This document shows positions 51,021-63,369 of a stretch of DNA of 64,000 bases, piece by piece. Every line of letters starts with the position of its first letter. Positions within the stretch are counted from its first letter, which is position 1. The notes under the pieces are model-generated. The model worked only from the letters and a program-made list of their open reading frames with translations. It ran no database searches and had not been told where the DNA came from. The position numbers and the translations under genes are program-made. Source of the DNA: Malacoraja senta (lineage: Eukaryota); the NCBI GenBank assembly GCA_038087875.1, contig CM075987.1, forward strand, positions 16,742,001 to 16,806,000, in the 5' to 3' direction.

Positions 51021-51460
51021 GTGTTTTTTTCATCTCGGTCCTCAAAGATTTCCCCTTTATCCTTAAACTGTGACCCCTTGTCCTGTACTGTACGCAATAC
51101 TCCAGGTGTGGTCTCACCAAGACCCTGTACAACTGCAGTAGAACCTCCCTGCTCCTATACTCAAATCCTTTTGCTATGAATGCTAACATACCATTCGCTT
51201 TCTTCACTGCTCGCTGCACCTGCATGCCTACTTTCAATGACTGGTGTACCATGACACCCAGGTCTCGTTGCATCTCCCCTTTTCCTAATCGGCCACCATT
51301 CAGATAATAGTCTACTTTCCTGTTTTTGCCACCAAAGTGGATAATCTCACATTTATCCACATTATACTGCATCTGCCATGCATTTCCCCACTCACCCAGC
51401 CTATCCAAGTCACCTTGCAGCCTCCTAGCATCCTCCTCACAGCTAACACTGCCCCCCAGC
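51021..51460 (-). mobile_element. CR1 fragment inverted against the preceding copy
   Basis: ORF 50986-51408 with an internal deletion. Confidence 0.85.
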
Positions 51461-51499
51461 TTCGTGTCAATGTTCGCTCTGAAGACATTTCCAGCACAA

Positions 51500-52290
51500 T
51501 AGGGTCAGGGAAGGGGGTGTGTGTGAATCAGTGCGGGGTGGATAGATGGCGGGGGTGGGGTGGGGGGTGAGAAGGCAGTCAGTGCAGAATGGATGGATTG
51601 AGGCAGGTGAATTAGTACGTGTTGGTTGGAGTAGGTAAAATTGTGAGGGGAGGGCACCGGGGATGTCAGTGGTGTTGAATGGGGGGGTTCAGTACGGGAT
51701 GGATGGGGTAGACAAAAGTGCTGGAGAAACTCAGCGGGTGAGGCAGCATCTATGGAGCGAAGGAAATAGGCAACGTTTCGGATCGAGACCCTTCTTCAGA
51801 CTGTTCCCCCCATTCTTCTTGAATGGGATGATCAGTATAGGATGGATGCGGGGGGGGGGGGGAGATCAGCGCAAGATGAATGGGGGGGGATCAGTACAGT
51901 GTGGATCGGAGGGTCTGTGCAGGATGAATTAAGGATCACTACAGGATGAATGAGGGGAAGGTGCAGGGTAAATGGAGGGTGGGTCAGTACGGGATGAATG
52001 CGTGGATTAGTACAGGATGGATGGAGGAGAAGGGCAGGATGGATGGGAAAGGGGTAAGTACAGGGTAAATTGGGGAACCAGTGTAGGATGGATGGGGGGG
52101 GGGTGGCAGGAGAATCAATGCGAGGTGGATAGGGTGATCAGTGCAGGATGAATAGATGGGGGGGGGGTAGATTGGGAGGGGAGCACAGGGGATGTCAGTG
52201 ACGACTGAATAGAGGCGGGAATGGGGATCAGTGCGGGATGGAGTGGAGGGGTCTCAGGATAAGAGGGGTGGAGGGGGCGTACAAGAGAGA
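51500..52290 (+). repeat. Degenerate G-rich minisatellite (ATCAGTACAGGATGAATGGGGG-like)
   Basis: Recurrent CAGTRCAGGATGRATG units with G runs; Penelope repeat inserted at ~51705-51803. Confidence 0.65.
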
Positions 52291-52466
52291 GAGAGAGATA
52301 GAGAGGTGGGGAGGAAGGAAGGTCAGCGCTCCTCGGACATCGCCCCGCTGCCTTGGCCGTTGGGGAACTCCTCGCCACCTCCTCCGCCAGCCAACAGCAA
52401 GGTGCGGGGCCGGGCGGTGCAGCTCAGAGATCCTATAGCTATAAGATCTTTGATGCAGCTGCTTCA

Positions 52467-52798
52467 GAAGGGTCGGAGCGAATGACGGGCCCCGAACAGC
52501 GGCAGCGATAGCGGCTCCATCTCCTCTTCCTCCCGCCCCCAGCCCGCCCTGATAAGGGCCTCTGCTTGCAAACCCGCTAACGGGCTTTCAAAACAAACCC
52601 TCCCACACTCCGAGGCCTCCCCCTCCCTCCTTCCTCCCGGCCTCGGAGTGCGGGAGGGTTTGTTTTGAAAGCGGTTAATGCGGTTTAGCGGGTTTACAAG
52701 CAGCGGCCCTTATCAGGGCGGGAGGAGGAGGAGATGGAGCCGCTGTTCGGAGCCCATCTTCGCTCCGACCCTTCCTCACCCCGCACCTAGTATCTTTG
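52467..52798. mobile_element. CpG-rich fold-back element (MITE-like)
   Basis: Arms 52467-52617 and 52639-52774 are reverse complements; right terminus CTAGTATCTTTG. Confidence 0.7.
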
Positions 52799-53034
52799 CC
52801 TCGCACGACAGCTGGCGCCGACACAAAACATCGCGTTCCTTTTCTCTATAGATGCTGCCCAAAGATACTTTGATGCTGCCTGACCCGCGGAGTTTCTCCA
52901 GTTTTTTGTGTCTATCTTCGGTACAACCCAGTATCTGGTTGCCAAGCCGGGCAAAATGACTCGCCGTTTATGTTGCCCGGCTGCGCTTTGAGTGGTCAGG
53001 GGCACCCGGGCAACCTCTAATTTCGAGCCCTGCA

Positions 53035-54715
53035 TATCTATAAAAACTTTTGCAGTCAGTTTTTATGTTCCCTGCCAGTTTTCTTTCCTGCCATCTATTT
53101 TCCCTTTCCTAATTAAGCCCTTTGTCCTCCTCTGCTGGACTCTGAATTTCTCCCAGTCCTCTGGTAGGCTGCTTTTTCTGGCTAATTTGTACGCTTCATC
53201 TTTTGTTTTGATACTATCCCTGATTTCACTTGTTATCCACGGATGCACTACATTCCCTGATTTATTCTTTTGCCAAACTGGGATAAACAATTGTTGTAGT
53301 TCATCCATGCAGTCTTTACATGCCTTCCATTGCATATCCACCGTCAACCCTTTAATAATCAATTGCCAGTCAATCTTGGCCAATTCACGTCTCATACCCT
53401 CAAAGTTACCTTTCTTTAAGTTCAGAACCCTTGTTTCTGAATTAACAATGTCACTCTCCATCCTAATGAAGAACTCAACCATATTATGGTCACTCTTGCC
53501 CAAGGGGCCACGCACAATAAGACTGCTAACTAACCCTTCCTCATTACTCAATACCCAGTCCAGAATAGCCTGCTCTTTCGTTGGTTTCTCTACATGTTGG
53601 TTTAGAAAACTATCCCGCATACATTCCAAGAAATCCTCTTGCTCAGCACCCCTGCCAATTTGATTCACCCAATGTATATGTAGATTGAAGTCACCCATTA
53701 TAACTGTTTTACCTTTGTTGCACGCATTTCTAATTTCCTGTTTGATGCCATCCCCAACACCACTACTACTGTTAGGTGGCCTGTACACAACACCCACTAG
53801 CGTTTTCTGCCCCTTAGTGTTTCGCAGCTCTACCCATATCGATTCCACATCCTCCAAGCTAATGCCCTTCTTTTCTATTGCGTTAATCTCCTCTCTAACC
53901 AGCAACGCTACCCCACCTCCTTTTCCTTTCTGTCTATCCCTCCTGAATATTGAATATCCCTGGATGTTCAACTTCCAGCCTTGGTCACCCTGGAGCAATG
54001 TCTCCGTGATCCCAACTATATCATAATCATTAATAGCTATCTGCACATTCAACTCATCCACCTTATTACGAATGCTATTGCATTGAGACACAAAGCCTTC
54101 AGGCTTGTTTTTACAACGCTCTTACCCCTTATACAATTATGTTGAAAAGTGGCCCTTTTTGATTTTTGCCCTGGATTTGTCTGCCTGCCACTTTTACTTT
54201 TCACCTTGCTACCTATTGCTTCTACCCTCATTTTACTTTTCACCTTGCTACCTATTCCTTCTACCCTCATTTTACACCCCTCTGTCTCTCTGCTCACACA
54301 TTTAAGAAACCCACCACCTCTTATTCGCTGTTTATTATTTTTTTCTTCTTTTATCCCTACATGTTGGGTCTGAGTGCTTCCCTTCTCTGCCTCCTGCCAC
54401 ACACACTGTCTACTAGCTTTCTCTATTTGAGTCCCTCCCCCCAACCGTTGTAGTCTCCCCAGTAGCCTTTGCAAATCTCCCCGCCAGGATATTGGTCCCC
54501 CTCGGGTTCAAGTGCAACCCATCCTTTTTGTACCCTTACACAAAAGAGGTCCCAATGATCCAGAAACTTTAATCCCTGCCCTCTGCACCAGTCCTTCAGC
54601 CACGCATTTATCCTCCACCTCGTTCCATTCCTACTCTCACTGTCGTGTGGCACAGGCAGTGATTCTGAGATTGTTACCTTTGCGGTCCTTCTCCTTAACT
54701 CTCCTCCTAACTCTC
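53035..54715 (-). mobile_element. CR1 ORF1 end plus ORF2 endonuclease
   Basis: ORF 53063-54091 is an APE domain; 54423-54653 is an esterase-like ORF1 remnant; 39-bp tandem duplication at ~54190-54270. Confidence 0.9.
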
Positions 54716-55210
54716 TCGGTCCTAAAAGACTTCCCCCTTATCCTTAAACTGTGACCCCTTGTTCTGGACTTCCCAACATCGGGAACAATCTTCCTGCATC
54801 TAGCCTGTCCAACCCCTTAAGAATTTTGTAAGTTTCTATAAGATCCCCCCTCAATCCTCTAAATTCTAGTGAATACAAGCCGAGTCTATCCAGTCTTTCT
54901 TCATATGAAAGTCCTGCCATCCCAGGAATCAGTCTGGTGAACCTTCTCTGTACTCCCTCTATGGCAAGACTGTCTTTCCTCAGATTAGGAGACCAAAACT
55001 GTACGCAATACTCCAGGTGTGATCTCACCAAGACCCTGTACAACTTCAGTAGAACCTCCCTGCTCCTATCCTCAAATCCTTTTGCTATGAATGCTAACAT
55101 ACCATTCGCTTTCTTCACTGCCTGCTGCACCTGCATGCCTACTTTCAATGACTGGTGTACCATGACACTCAGGTCTCGTTGCATCTCCCCTTTTCCTAAT
55201 CGGCCACCAT
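54716..55210 (-). mobile_element. CR1 ORF2 C-terminal fragment
   Basis: ORF 54744-55241. Confidence 0.88.
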
Positions 55211-56151
55211 CTAAACCTTTCCTATCCACGTACCTGTCCAAGTATTTTTTTTAATGTTATAGTTTCGGCTTCAACTACCTCCTCCAGCAGCCTATTTCAA
55301 GTATCCACCACCCTTTGTGTGGAGAAAGGTTGACCCTCAGATTGTCCACTGATTCTTGATTCCCCTACTCTGGGTAAAAGGCACTTGTGCATTTACCCTG
55401 TCTATTCCCCTCAAGATCTTATACAAGATCACGATCACCTCTCCTCCAACGCTCCAAGGAATACAGTCCTAACCTGCCCAACCTCTCGCAATGGTTCGGG
55501 CCCTCTAGTCCTGGCAACATCTTCGTAAATCTTCTCTGCACTAATTGACCAAAATTGAACACAATACTCCAAATGTGGCCTCATCTACATCTTGTACAAC
55601 TGTAACTTAACATCCCAATTTCTATACTCACTGCCCCATGATGAAGGTCTATGATTCAAAAGCCTTCTTGACCTATCTACCTGTAATGCCACTTTCAAGG
55701 AACTATGTACCTGCACTCATCGATCCCTCTGCTAACACCACTCCCCAAAGTCCTTCAATTCACTGTCATTGGAATAAATTCCTACCCTGCCAACCTTTCC
55801 CAAAAGCTCAGTTCAGGCCCTCAAGTTTTGGCAACATCCTCGTAAATCTTCTCTGTGTTCTTTCTAGGTTAACAACATCTTTCCTGTGGGAGGATGCCCA
55901 AAACTGAACACAATACTCCAACTGTGGCCTCACCAGTGCCTTGTGCAACTGTAACCTCTCCCTGTAGCCCAGACCCTCTAGCCCTGGGAACATCCTGAGC
56001 TACAGGGAGAGGTTGGGCAGGGTAGGACTGTATTCTTTGGAGTGCATGAGGATGAGGGATGATCTAATGCAGGTATATAAAACATGAGGGGAATAGTTAG
56101 GTTAGATGCACAGTCTTTTACCTAGAGGAGGGGAATCAAAAACTAGAGGAC

Positions 56152-56560
56152 ATAGAAACATAGAAAATAGGTGCAGGAGTAGGCCATTCGGCCCTTCGAG
56201 CCTGCACCGCCATTCAATATGATCATGGCTGATCATCCAACTCAGTATCCTGTACCTGCCTTCTCTCCATACCCCCTGATCCCTTTAGCCACAAGGGCCA
56301 CATCTAACTCCCTCTTAAATATAGCCAATGAACTGGCCTCAACTACCTTCTGTGGCAGAGAGTTCCAGAGATTCACCACTCTCTGTGTGAAAAATGTTTT
56401 TCTCATCTCGTTCCTAAAGGATTTCCCCTTAATCCTTAAACTGTGCCCCCTTGTCCTGGACTTCCCCAACATCGGGAACAATCTTCCTGCATCTAGCCTG
56501 TCCAACCCCTTAAGAATTTTGTAAGTTTCTATAAGATCCCCCCTCAATTTTCTAAATTCC
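56152..56560 (-). mobile_element. Young CR1 3' fragment
   Basis: ORF 56242-56571; (TTTCTATG)2 tail. Confidence 0.9.
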
Positions 56561-57542
56561 TGCGAGGACATAGGTTTAAGGTGAGAGGGGCAAGATTCAG
56601 TAGTAATCTGAGGGGCAACCTTTTCACAGAGGTTTGCGGTGTATTGATCGAGCTGCCAGAGGAAATTGTTGAGGCAGGCACCTCAACAATGTTTAAAAGA
56701 CATTGAGACAGGTACATGGATAGGAAAGGATTAGGGGGATATGGGCCAAGATGGGAATGGCTTAGATTAACTTTAGTGCTGTTCATTGCTCCCCTATCCT
56801 GTCACATCTTAAATCTAACGTACATTCTCTGTTTCCCAGTACTGCAAGGAGTATTTGGTGTGAAATATGAACTTTAATTTAGAAGGCTTCCAAGATGGCG
56901 CTCAACCCAGTTGACTACGTGCTAGCCACAGAAGCAGATCGACAATCACATATTGAATTCGCTCCACACTCTTAAATCTCTGCACTGTAAATGGCTTGAT
57001 TGTAATCATGTATTGTCTTTCTGCTGACCGGATAGAACACAACAAAGCTTTTCACTGTACCTCGGTACACATGACAATTAACTAAACTGAATTTCTTTCC
57101 ACAGATACTTCCTGACGCTACGTGTTTCTAGTATTTTCTGTTTTAATTTCAAATTGTGAGAGTGGTCTGTCTAGATTTTCAAGTACCTGCGCATGTTGTT
57201 GTGCACTCTTATCAAGAAACATCAGTTCCGTACATTTATTACTTAACTGCCACATTGTCTTTTATTACCTTAAACCACCTGAACACAAGACCAGGGAGAA
57301 ATAACGTACAATATTTATTTATTGACATTTGCATCAAGAGTGGTTGACATTTTTGTTTTTAAAGATCATTTGAGGATGGAGGTGGCGACAATGGTGATGT
57401 TTGAACCGTCAAAATAGCTGTGTTTGCAGTAAGTGAGAGTCCTTGGTGGGACTGCAAGTTCATAAATGTCCTCTGTGGCATTATTCCAGTCAGTGTCCAA
57501 CAGAGAGCTAATCCTCATCTTTTTCTCTTTTGTTGGAGTCAG

Positions 57543-57705
57543 TGCTCTAATTATTCTTACGAATGAGAGTTATGTTATTGAGCATCTTGAGGGAGTTGGA
57601 CATGGTTACCACCTGGCAATTAAATCTGAGCATGTGAAGTTAAAGGAGAAGAAGTGCAGCAGCAGCAGGCGCCTAACTGCTGAACGTCCTCAACGGCCAA
57701 TTCGG
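57543..57705 (+). CDS. ADAM prodomain exon D (SALIILTNESYVIEHLEGVGHGYHLAIKSEHVKLKEKKCSSSRRLTAERPQRPIR)
   Basis: Pyrimidine tract ending TCAG|, CGG|GTAAGC donor; 163 nt, phase 2 to 0. SY.IE.L and H.... motifs, a cysteine-switch-position Cys and a basic end approaching the furin site. The gene presumably continues beyond the window. Confidence 0.85.
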
Positions 57706-57879
57706 GTAAGCATTGTACCTTGTGTTTTTATCCTGTAGCTAGGTTTGTACAGGTGACTTGCAGATTAGTAGTGGACCTATTGATGGACATATTGTAGAAA
57801 TCTACCTTTCCTCTAAAGGACCTGACTTTGTATACTCTTTAGGTTGTTTATTATTTCATATATTTAATTTAAACTATTG

Positions 57880-60140
57880 CAGGGAGACAGAGGGCCGTAA
57901 AATGAGCGCAGAAGCAAAAGGTGGAAGGGAGAAAAGAAAAACAAACCTGAAAGCTTTGTTCTTTAATGCGAGGAGCATTCGTAATAAGGTGGATGAATTG
58001 AATACGCAGTTAGTTAATGGATATATATATATATAATGGATATATAGTTGGGATTTCAAAGACATGAATCCAGGGTGTCCAAGGCTGGGAGCTAAACATG
58101 CAGGGGTATTCAATATTCAGGAAGGATAGGCAGAGGAGGTGGGGTGGCATTGCTGGTTAAAGATGAGATTAATGCAATAGTAAGGAAAGACATTAGCTTG
58201 GATGCTGTAGAATCGGTATGGGTAGAACTGGATGCTGTAGAATCGGTATGGGTAGAACTGCGAAATAGCCAAGGGCAGAAGCGCTTGTTGGATTTGTATA
58301 CAGACCACCAAACAGCAGTAGGATTGGGGATAGCACCAAACAGGAAATTAGGGATGTGTGTAGCAAAGGTACAGCAGTTATCATGGGTGACTTTAATCTA
58401 CATATAGATTGGGACAACCAAATTGGTAACAGCACTGAGGAAGAGGATTTCCTGGAGTGTATACGGGATGGGGTTTTTTACGCCAGTATGTAGAGGAACC
58501 AACTAGACGGTAGGCCATACTAGACTGGGTATTGTGTAATGAGGAAGGATTAGTTAGCAATCTTGTTGTGCAAAGCCCCTTGGGCAACAGTGACCATAAT
58601 ATGGTGGAATTCTGCATTAGGATGGAGAGTGACACGGTTAATTCAGAGACGAGGATCCTGAACTTAAAGACAGGAGACTTTGATGGTATGAGACGGGAAT
58701 TGGCTAAGATAGACTGGCAAATTATACTTACAGGGTTGATGGTGGAGATGCAATGGCAAAGATTTAAAGGTCGCGTGGATGAACTACAACAATTGATCAT
58801 CGCTGTTTGGCGTAAAAATAAAACCGGGAAAGCGGCTCAACTGTGGCGAACGAGGGAAATTGGGGATAATGTTAAATCCAAGGAAGAGGCATATAAATTG
58901 GCCAAAGGAAGCAGCAAACTGGAGGACTGGGAGAAATTTAGAATTCAATTAAGAGGGGGAAAATAGAGCATGAAAGAAAGCTTGCGGGGAATATAAAAAC
59001 TGACTGTAAAAGCTTATTTAGATAAGTGAAGAGGAAAAAAATGATTGAAGATATATGTAGGTCCCTTATGGGCCTGTCCCACTTAGGCGACTTTTTAGCG
59101 ACTGCAGGAGACTATGCGTTGCCACATGTTCGCCACATGTTCGCGGGTGTTTGCTGGGTAGTTGCCTTCATGGTCGTGAGGAGTTCCCGCATTCTGGCCT
59201 CATTATGGTCACAGCGATTTTTTGAACATGTTGAAAAATTAGAGGCGACCAGAATGAAGCCGCCATGGAGAGTAGCGAGAATTCTCGTGCCGTAGGTGCA
59301 GTGGTAGTGGGTTGCCAGGAGGTCGAAGGTTGTCGTAGGTTCTCGTAGGTTGTAGCCGGTGCTGACCGGTGAAATTAATTGGCTAATTGGGGAAAAAAAA
59401 CGTAAGCAGTAGTTTTCAGAACCAAGGATAACCGACCGGTAATGTTAAATGTCCGCTGAGCTTCACAGCCGTGTAGCTTCTTAAAAGTTGTATCCACTCC
59501 TTCTCCCCCTCTCCCCCACCCACTCCCCACACTCCCCCCTCCCCCCTCTCCCCCCCTCTTCTAAAGGACGTACGTGACCCTTCCCGTACACTGTGCTTTC
59601 ACCATCTTAATTACAGCGCCAACCTTCCTGTTCATTGCGGTGTGTGTCTATATCACATTGGCATTGCACCGTATGAATTTCACTCAGACAGCACTCCCCC
59701 CGCTTGCCCTGTCCCGCGCCTGCATAACTGGCTGGTGAAGGAAGTGATGTGTGTGTGTGTTCCACTCTGACAGTCTCCGTTCCAGTCGCCGTTTTTTCAA
59801 GCGACTTAATAGTCGCCGGCAGTCGCCTGAAAAATCGCCTAAGTGGGACAGGCCCATTACAGTCAGAAACAGGTGAATTTATAATGGGAAACAAGGAAAT
59901 GGCAGAGAAGTACTTTGGTTCAGTCTTCACTAAATAAGACACAAACACCCAGAAATAATAGGGGACCGAGGATCTAGTGGGAGGGAGGAACTGAAGGGAA
60001 TCCACATTAGTCATGAAATGGTGTTGGGTAAACTGTCGGGACTGAAGGCAGATAAATCCCCAGGGCGTGACGGTCTGCAACCTAGAAATCTAGAAGGCCC
60101 TAGAAATCGTGGATGCATTGGTGATCATTTTCCAATGTAA
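57880..60140 (+). mobile_element. Older CR1 ORF2 (endonuclease and linker) interrupted by a MITE
   Basis: NARSIRNK, SDHNMVEF; 30-bp tandem duplication at ~58200-58260. Confidence 0.85.
59069..59856. mobile_element. PIF/Harbinger-type MITE
   Basis: TTA|TGGGCCTGTCCCACTTAGGCGA...TCGCCTAAGTGGGACAGGCCCA|TTA; removing it restores CR1 GGTCCCTTACAGTCAG. Confidence 0.9.
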
Positions 60141-60664
60141 ACAAGGAAATGCTGGTGCACCTTGTGAGCTGGGAATGGCATCAGAGGCCATGGCTGGAAG
60201 CGGTTGGGGAGGATGGTGGCGAGAGCAAGTCAGTCCAACATAAACAAAATCTGTTAGAAAGGAGTCCGTTCAAATGACGTTTTACAGTTCATTTGTTCCT
60301 GATGACGTCTGAGTATTCTCTACTCAAAATGTAAATGTTATTTTTCAGTTGAAAAGGTCCCTTGGGTCAGAAATGAAGTACTTGGAGTTGGTCCTTGTAG
60401 CAGACAGAGTAGAGGTGAGTAGAAAGAAGGAACTGCTGATGCTGGTTTACAAAACAAGACACAAAGTGCTGGAGTAACTCCGCGGCTCAAGCAGGATCTC
60501 CAGTCAACATGGATGGGGATCGGGTCGGAACCTTCTTCAGACTGATTGTGTGGGGGGAAGAAAGCTGTAAGAAAGGAGGGTCAGGACAAAGCTTGGCAGG
60601 TGATAAGTGAATAGGCAGATGGTTGGACAAACGCTATAGATGTAAAGTCAGAAGGTGTGAGGCA

Positions 60665-62865
60665 AAAGGTCATGTGATAAGGTCATGTATCAAGTTTACC
60701 GCCATTCAATTATGGCTGATCTATCTCTCCCTCCCAAGCCCATTCTCCTGCCTTCCCCCCATAACCTCTGACACCCGTACTAATCAAGAATCCTTCTATA
60801 TCTGCCTTTAAAATATCCATTGCCCTGACCTCCACAGCCATCTGTGGCAAACATAGAAAAATAGGTGCAGGAGTAGATCATTCAGCCCTTCGAGCCATCA
60901 CAGCCATTCAATATGATCATGGCTGATCATCTAAAATCAGTACCCGTCCCTGCTTTTTCCCCATATCCCTTGACTCCTTTAGCCCTAAGATCTAACTCTA
61001 ACTTGAAAACATCCAGTGAATTGGCCTCCACTGCCTTCTGTGGCAGAGAATTCCACAGATTCACAATCTGGGTGAATAATGTTTACATCATAGAAACATA
61101 GAAAATAGGTGCAGGAGGAGGCCATTCGGCCCTTCGAGCCAGCACCGCCATTCATTGTGATCATGGCTGATCATCCCCTATCAATCATCTCAGTCCTAAA
61201 TGGCCTACCCCTTATTCTTAAACTGTGACCCCTGGTTCTGGACTCCCCTAACATCGGGAACATTTTTCCTGCATCTAGCCTGTCCAATCCTTTAAGAATT
61301 TTATATGTTTCCATAATATTCCCTCTCATCCTTCTAAATTCAAGTGAATACAAGCCCAGTCGACCCATTCTTTCATCATATGTCAGTCTCGCCATCCCAG
61401 GAATTAACCTGGTGAACTTACGCTGCTCTCTCAATAACAATAATGTCCTTCCTCAAATTAGGAGACCAAAACTGCACACAATACTCCAGGTGTGGTCTCA
61501 CCAGGGCCCTGTACAACTGCAGTAGGACCTCTTTGCTCCTAAGCTCAAATCCTCTTGCAATAAAGGCCAACATGCCATTAGCTTTCTTCACTGCCTGCTG
61601 TACCTGCATGCTTACTTTCAGTGACTGACATACAAGGACACCCACGTCTCGTTGCACCTCCCCTTTTCCTAATCTGACACCATTCAGATAATAATCTGCC
61701 TTGTTCTTGCCACCAAAGTGGATAACCTCACATTTATCCACATTATACTACATCTGCCATGCATCTGCCCACTACCCCAACGTACCCAAGTCACCCTGCA
61801 GCCTCATAACATGCTCATGGCAGCTCACACTTTCACCCAGTTTTGTGTCATCAGCAAACTTAGAAATGTCATATTTAATTCCCTCGTCTAAATCGTTAAT
61901 ATATATAAATAACTCGGGTCCCAGCACCGAGCCTTGCGGCACCCCACTAGTCACTACCTGCCATTCTGAATAGGACCCGTTAATTCCTACTCTTTGCTTC
62001 CTGTCTGCCAACCAGTTCTCTTTCCATGTCAATACCCTACCCTCAATACCATGTGCTCCAATTTTGTACACTAATCTCTTGTGTGGGACCTTGTCAAAGA
62101 CTTATTGAAAGCCCAGATACACCACATCCACTGGCTCTCCCTTATCCATTCTACTTGTTACATCCTCAAAAACACAGAAGATTAGGCAAGCATGATTTCC
62201 CCATCATAAATCCATGCTAACTTTGACTGATCCTGTCACTGCTTTCCAAATGCGCTGCTATAACATCTTTAACAATCGACTCAAGCATCATCCCCACTAC
62301 CGATGTAAGGCTAACTGGTCTATAATTCCCCATTTTCTCTCTCCCTCCTTTTTTAAAGAGTGGGGTTACATTTTTTACCCTCCAGTCCACAGGAACTGAT
62401 TCATATTTTAGAGAACATTGGAAAATGATCACCAAAACATCCATGATTTCCAGGGCAGCCTCCTTGAGTACTCTGGGATGCTGACCATCAGGCCCTGGGG
62501 ATTTATCTGCCTTCAGTCCCAACAGTTTACCTAACATCATTTCCTGACTAATGTGGATTCCCTTCACTTCCTTCCTCCCACTAGATCCTCGGTCCCCTAG
62601 TATTTCTGGGAGATGGTTTGTGTCTTCCTTAGTGAAGACAGAACCAAAATATTCGTTTAACTGTTCTGCCATTTTCTGGTTTCCCATTATAAATTCACCT
62701 GTCTCTGATTGTAAAGGACCTACATTTGTCTTCACTAATCATTTCCTTTTCACATATCTAAAGAAGCTTTTAGAGTCCGTTTTTATATTCCCCGCAAGCT
62801 TTCTATTGTGCTCTTTCCCCCCTGTTAATTAACCCCTTTGTCCTCCTCTGTTGAGTACTAAAGAT
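60665..62865 (-). mobile_element. Cluster of nested CR1 copies
   Basis: ORFs 61171-61440, 61418-61741, 61772-62071, 62217-62735 and several stacked 3' UTRs. Confidence 0.88.
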
Positions 62866-63369
62866 TCCACAGATTCACCACCCTCTGACAAAAGAGATTT
62901 TTCCTCATCTCTTTCCAAAAAGAACATCCTTTAATTATGAGGCTATGAACTCTATACGTGACAATAATGAACTAAACTAAACGACACCTGTCCATATATT
63001 TCAGAGATGCTGCTTAACCCACTGAGTTGCTCAAGAATTTTGTGTCTATCTTTGGTATAAACCAACATCTGCAGTTCCATTTTATTAGGTTATTAAGGCT
63101 TAGTCGTTGAGTAGATTCAAGACAGAAATACAGATTTTTGGATTTTCAAGTATTATTAAGGGATATGGAATTACTGTGGAAAGTGGTGATGATGTGCTTG
63201 CATTGAAGGGTGGAGGATGCACAAGGGGCTTCAAGCTTATTCTTGCTTATCTTTATTATGACATAGATTGGAGGCCCTCTTTGTGAGAATATTCAAAACA
63301 TTCACACCCATATGCTTGCTATGTTCTACTCCCTCCACGTTAAACCATTTGTCCTTATTTCTAAATAGG

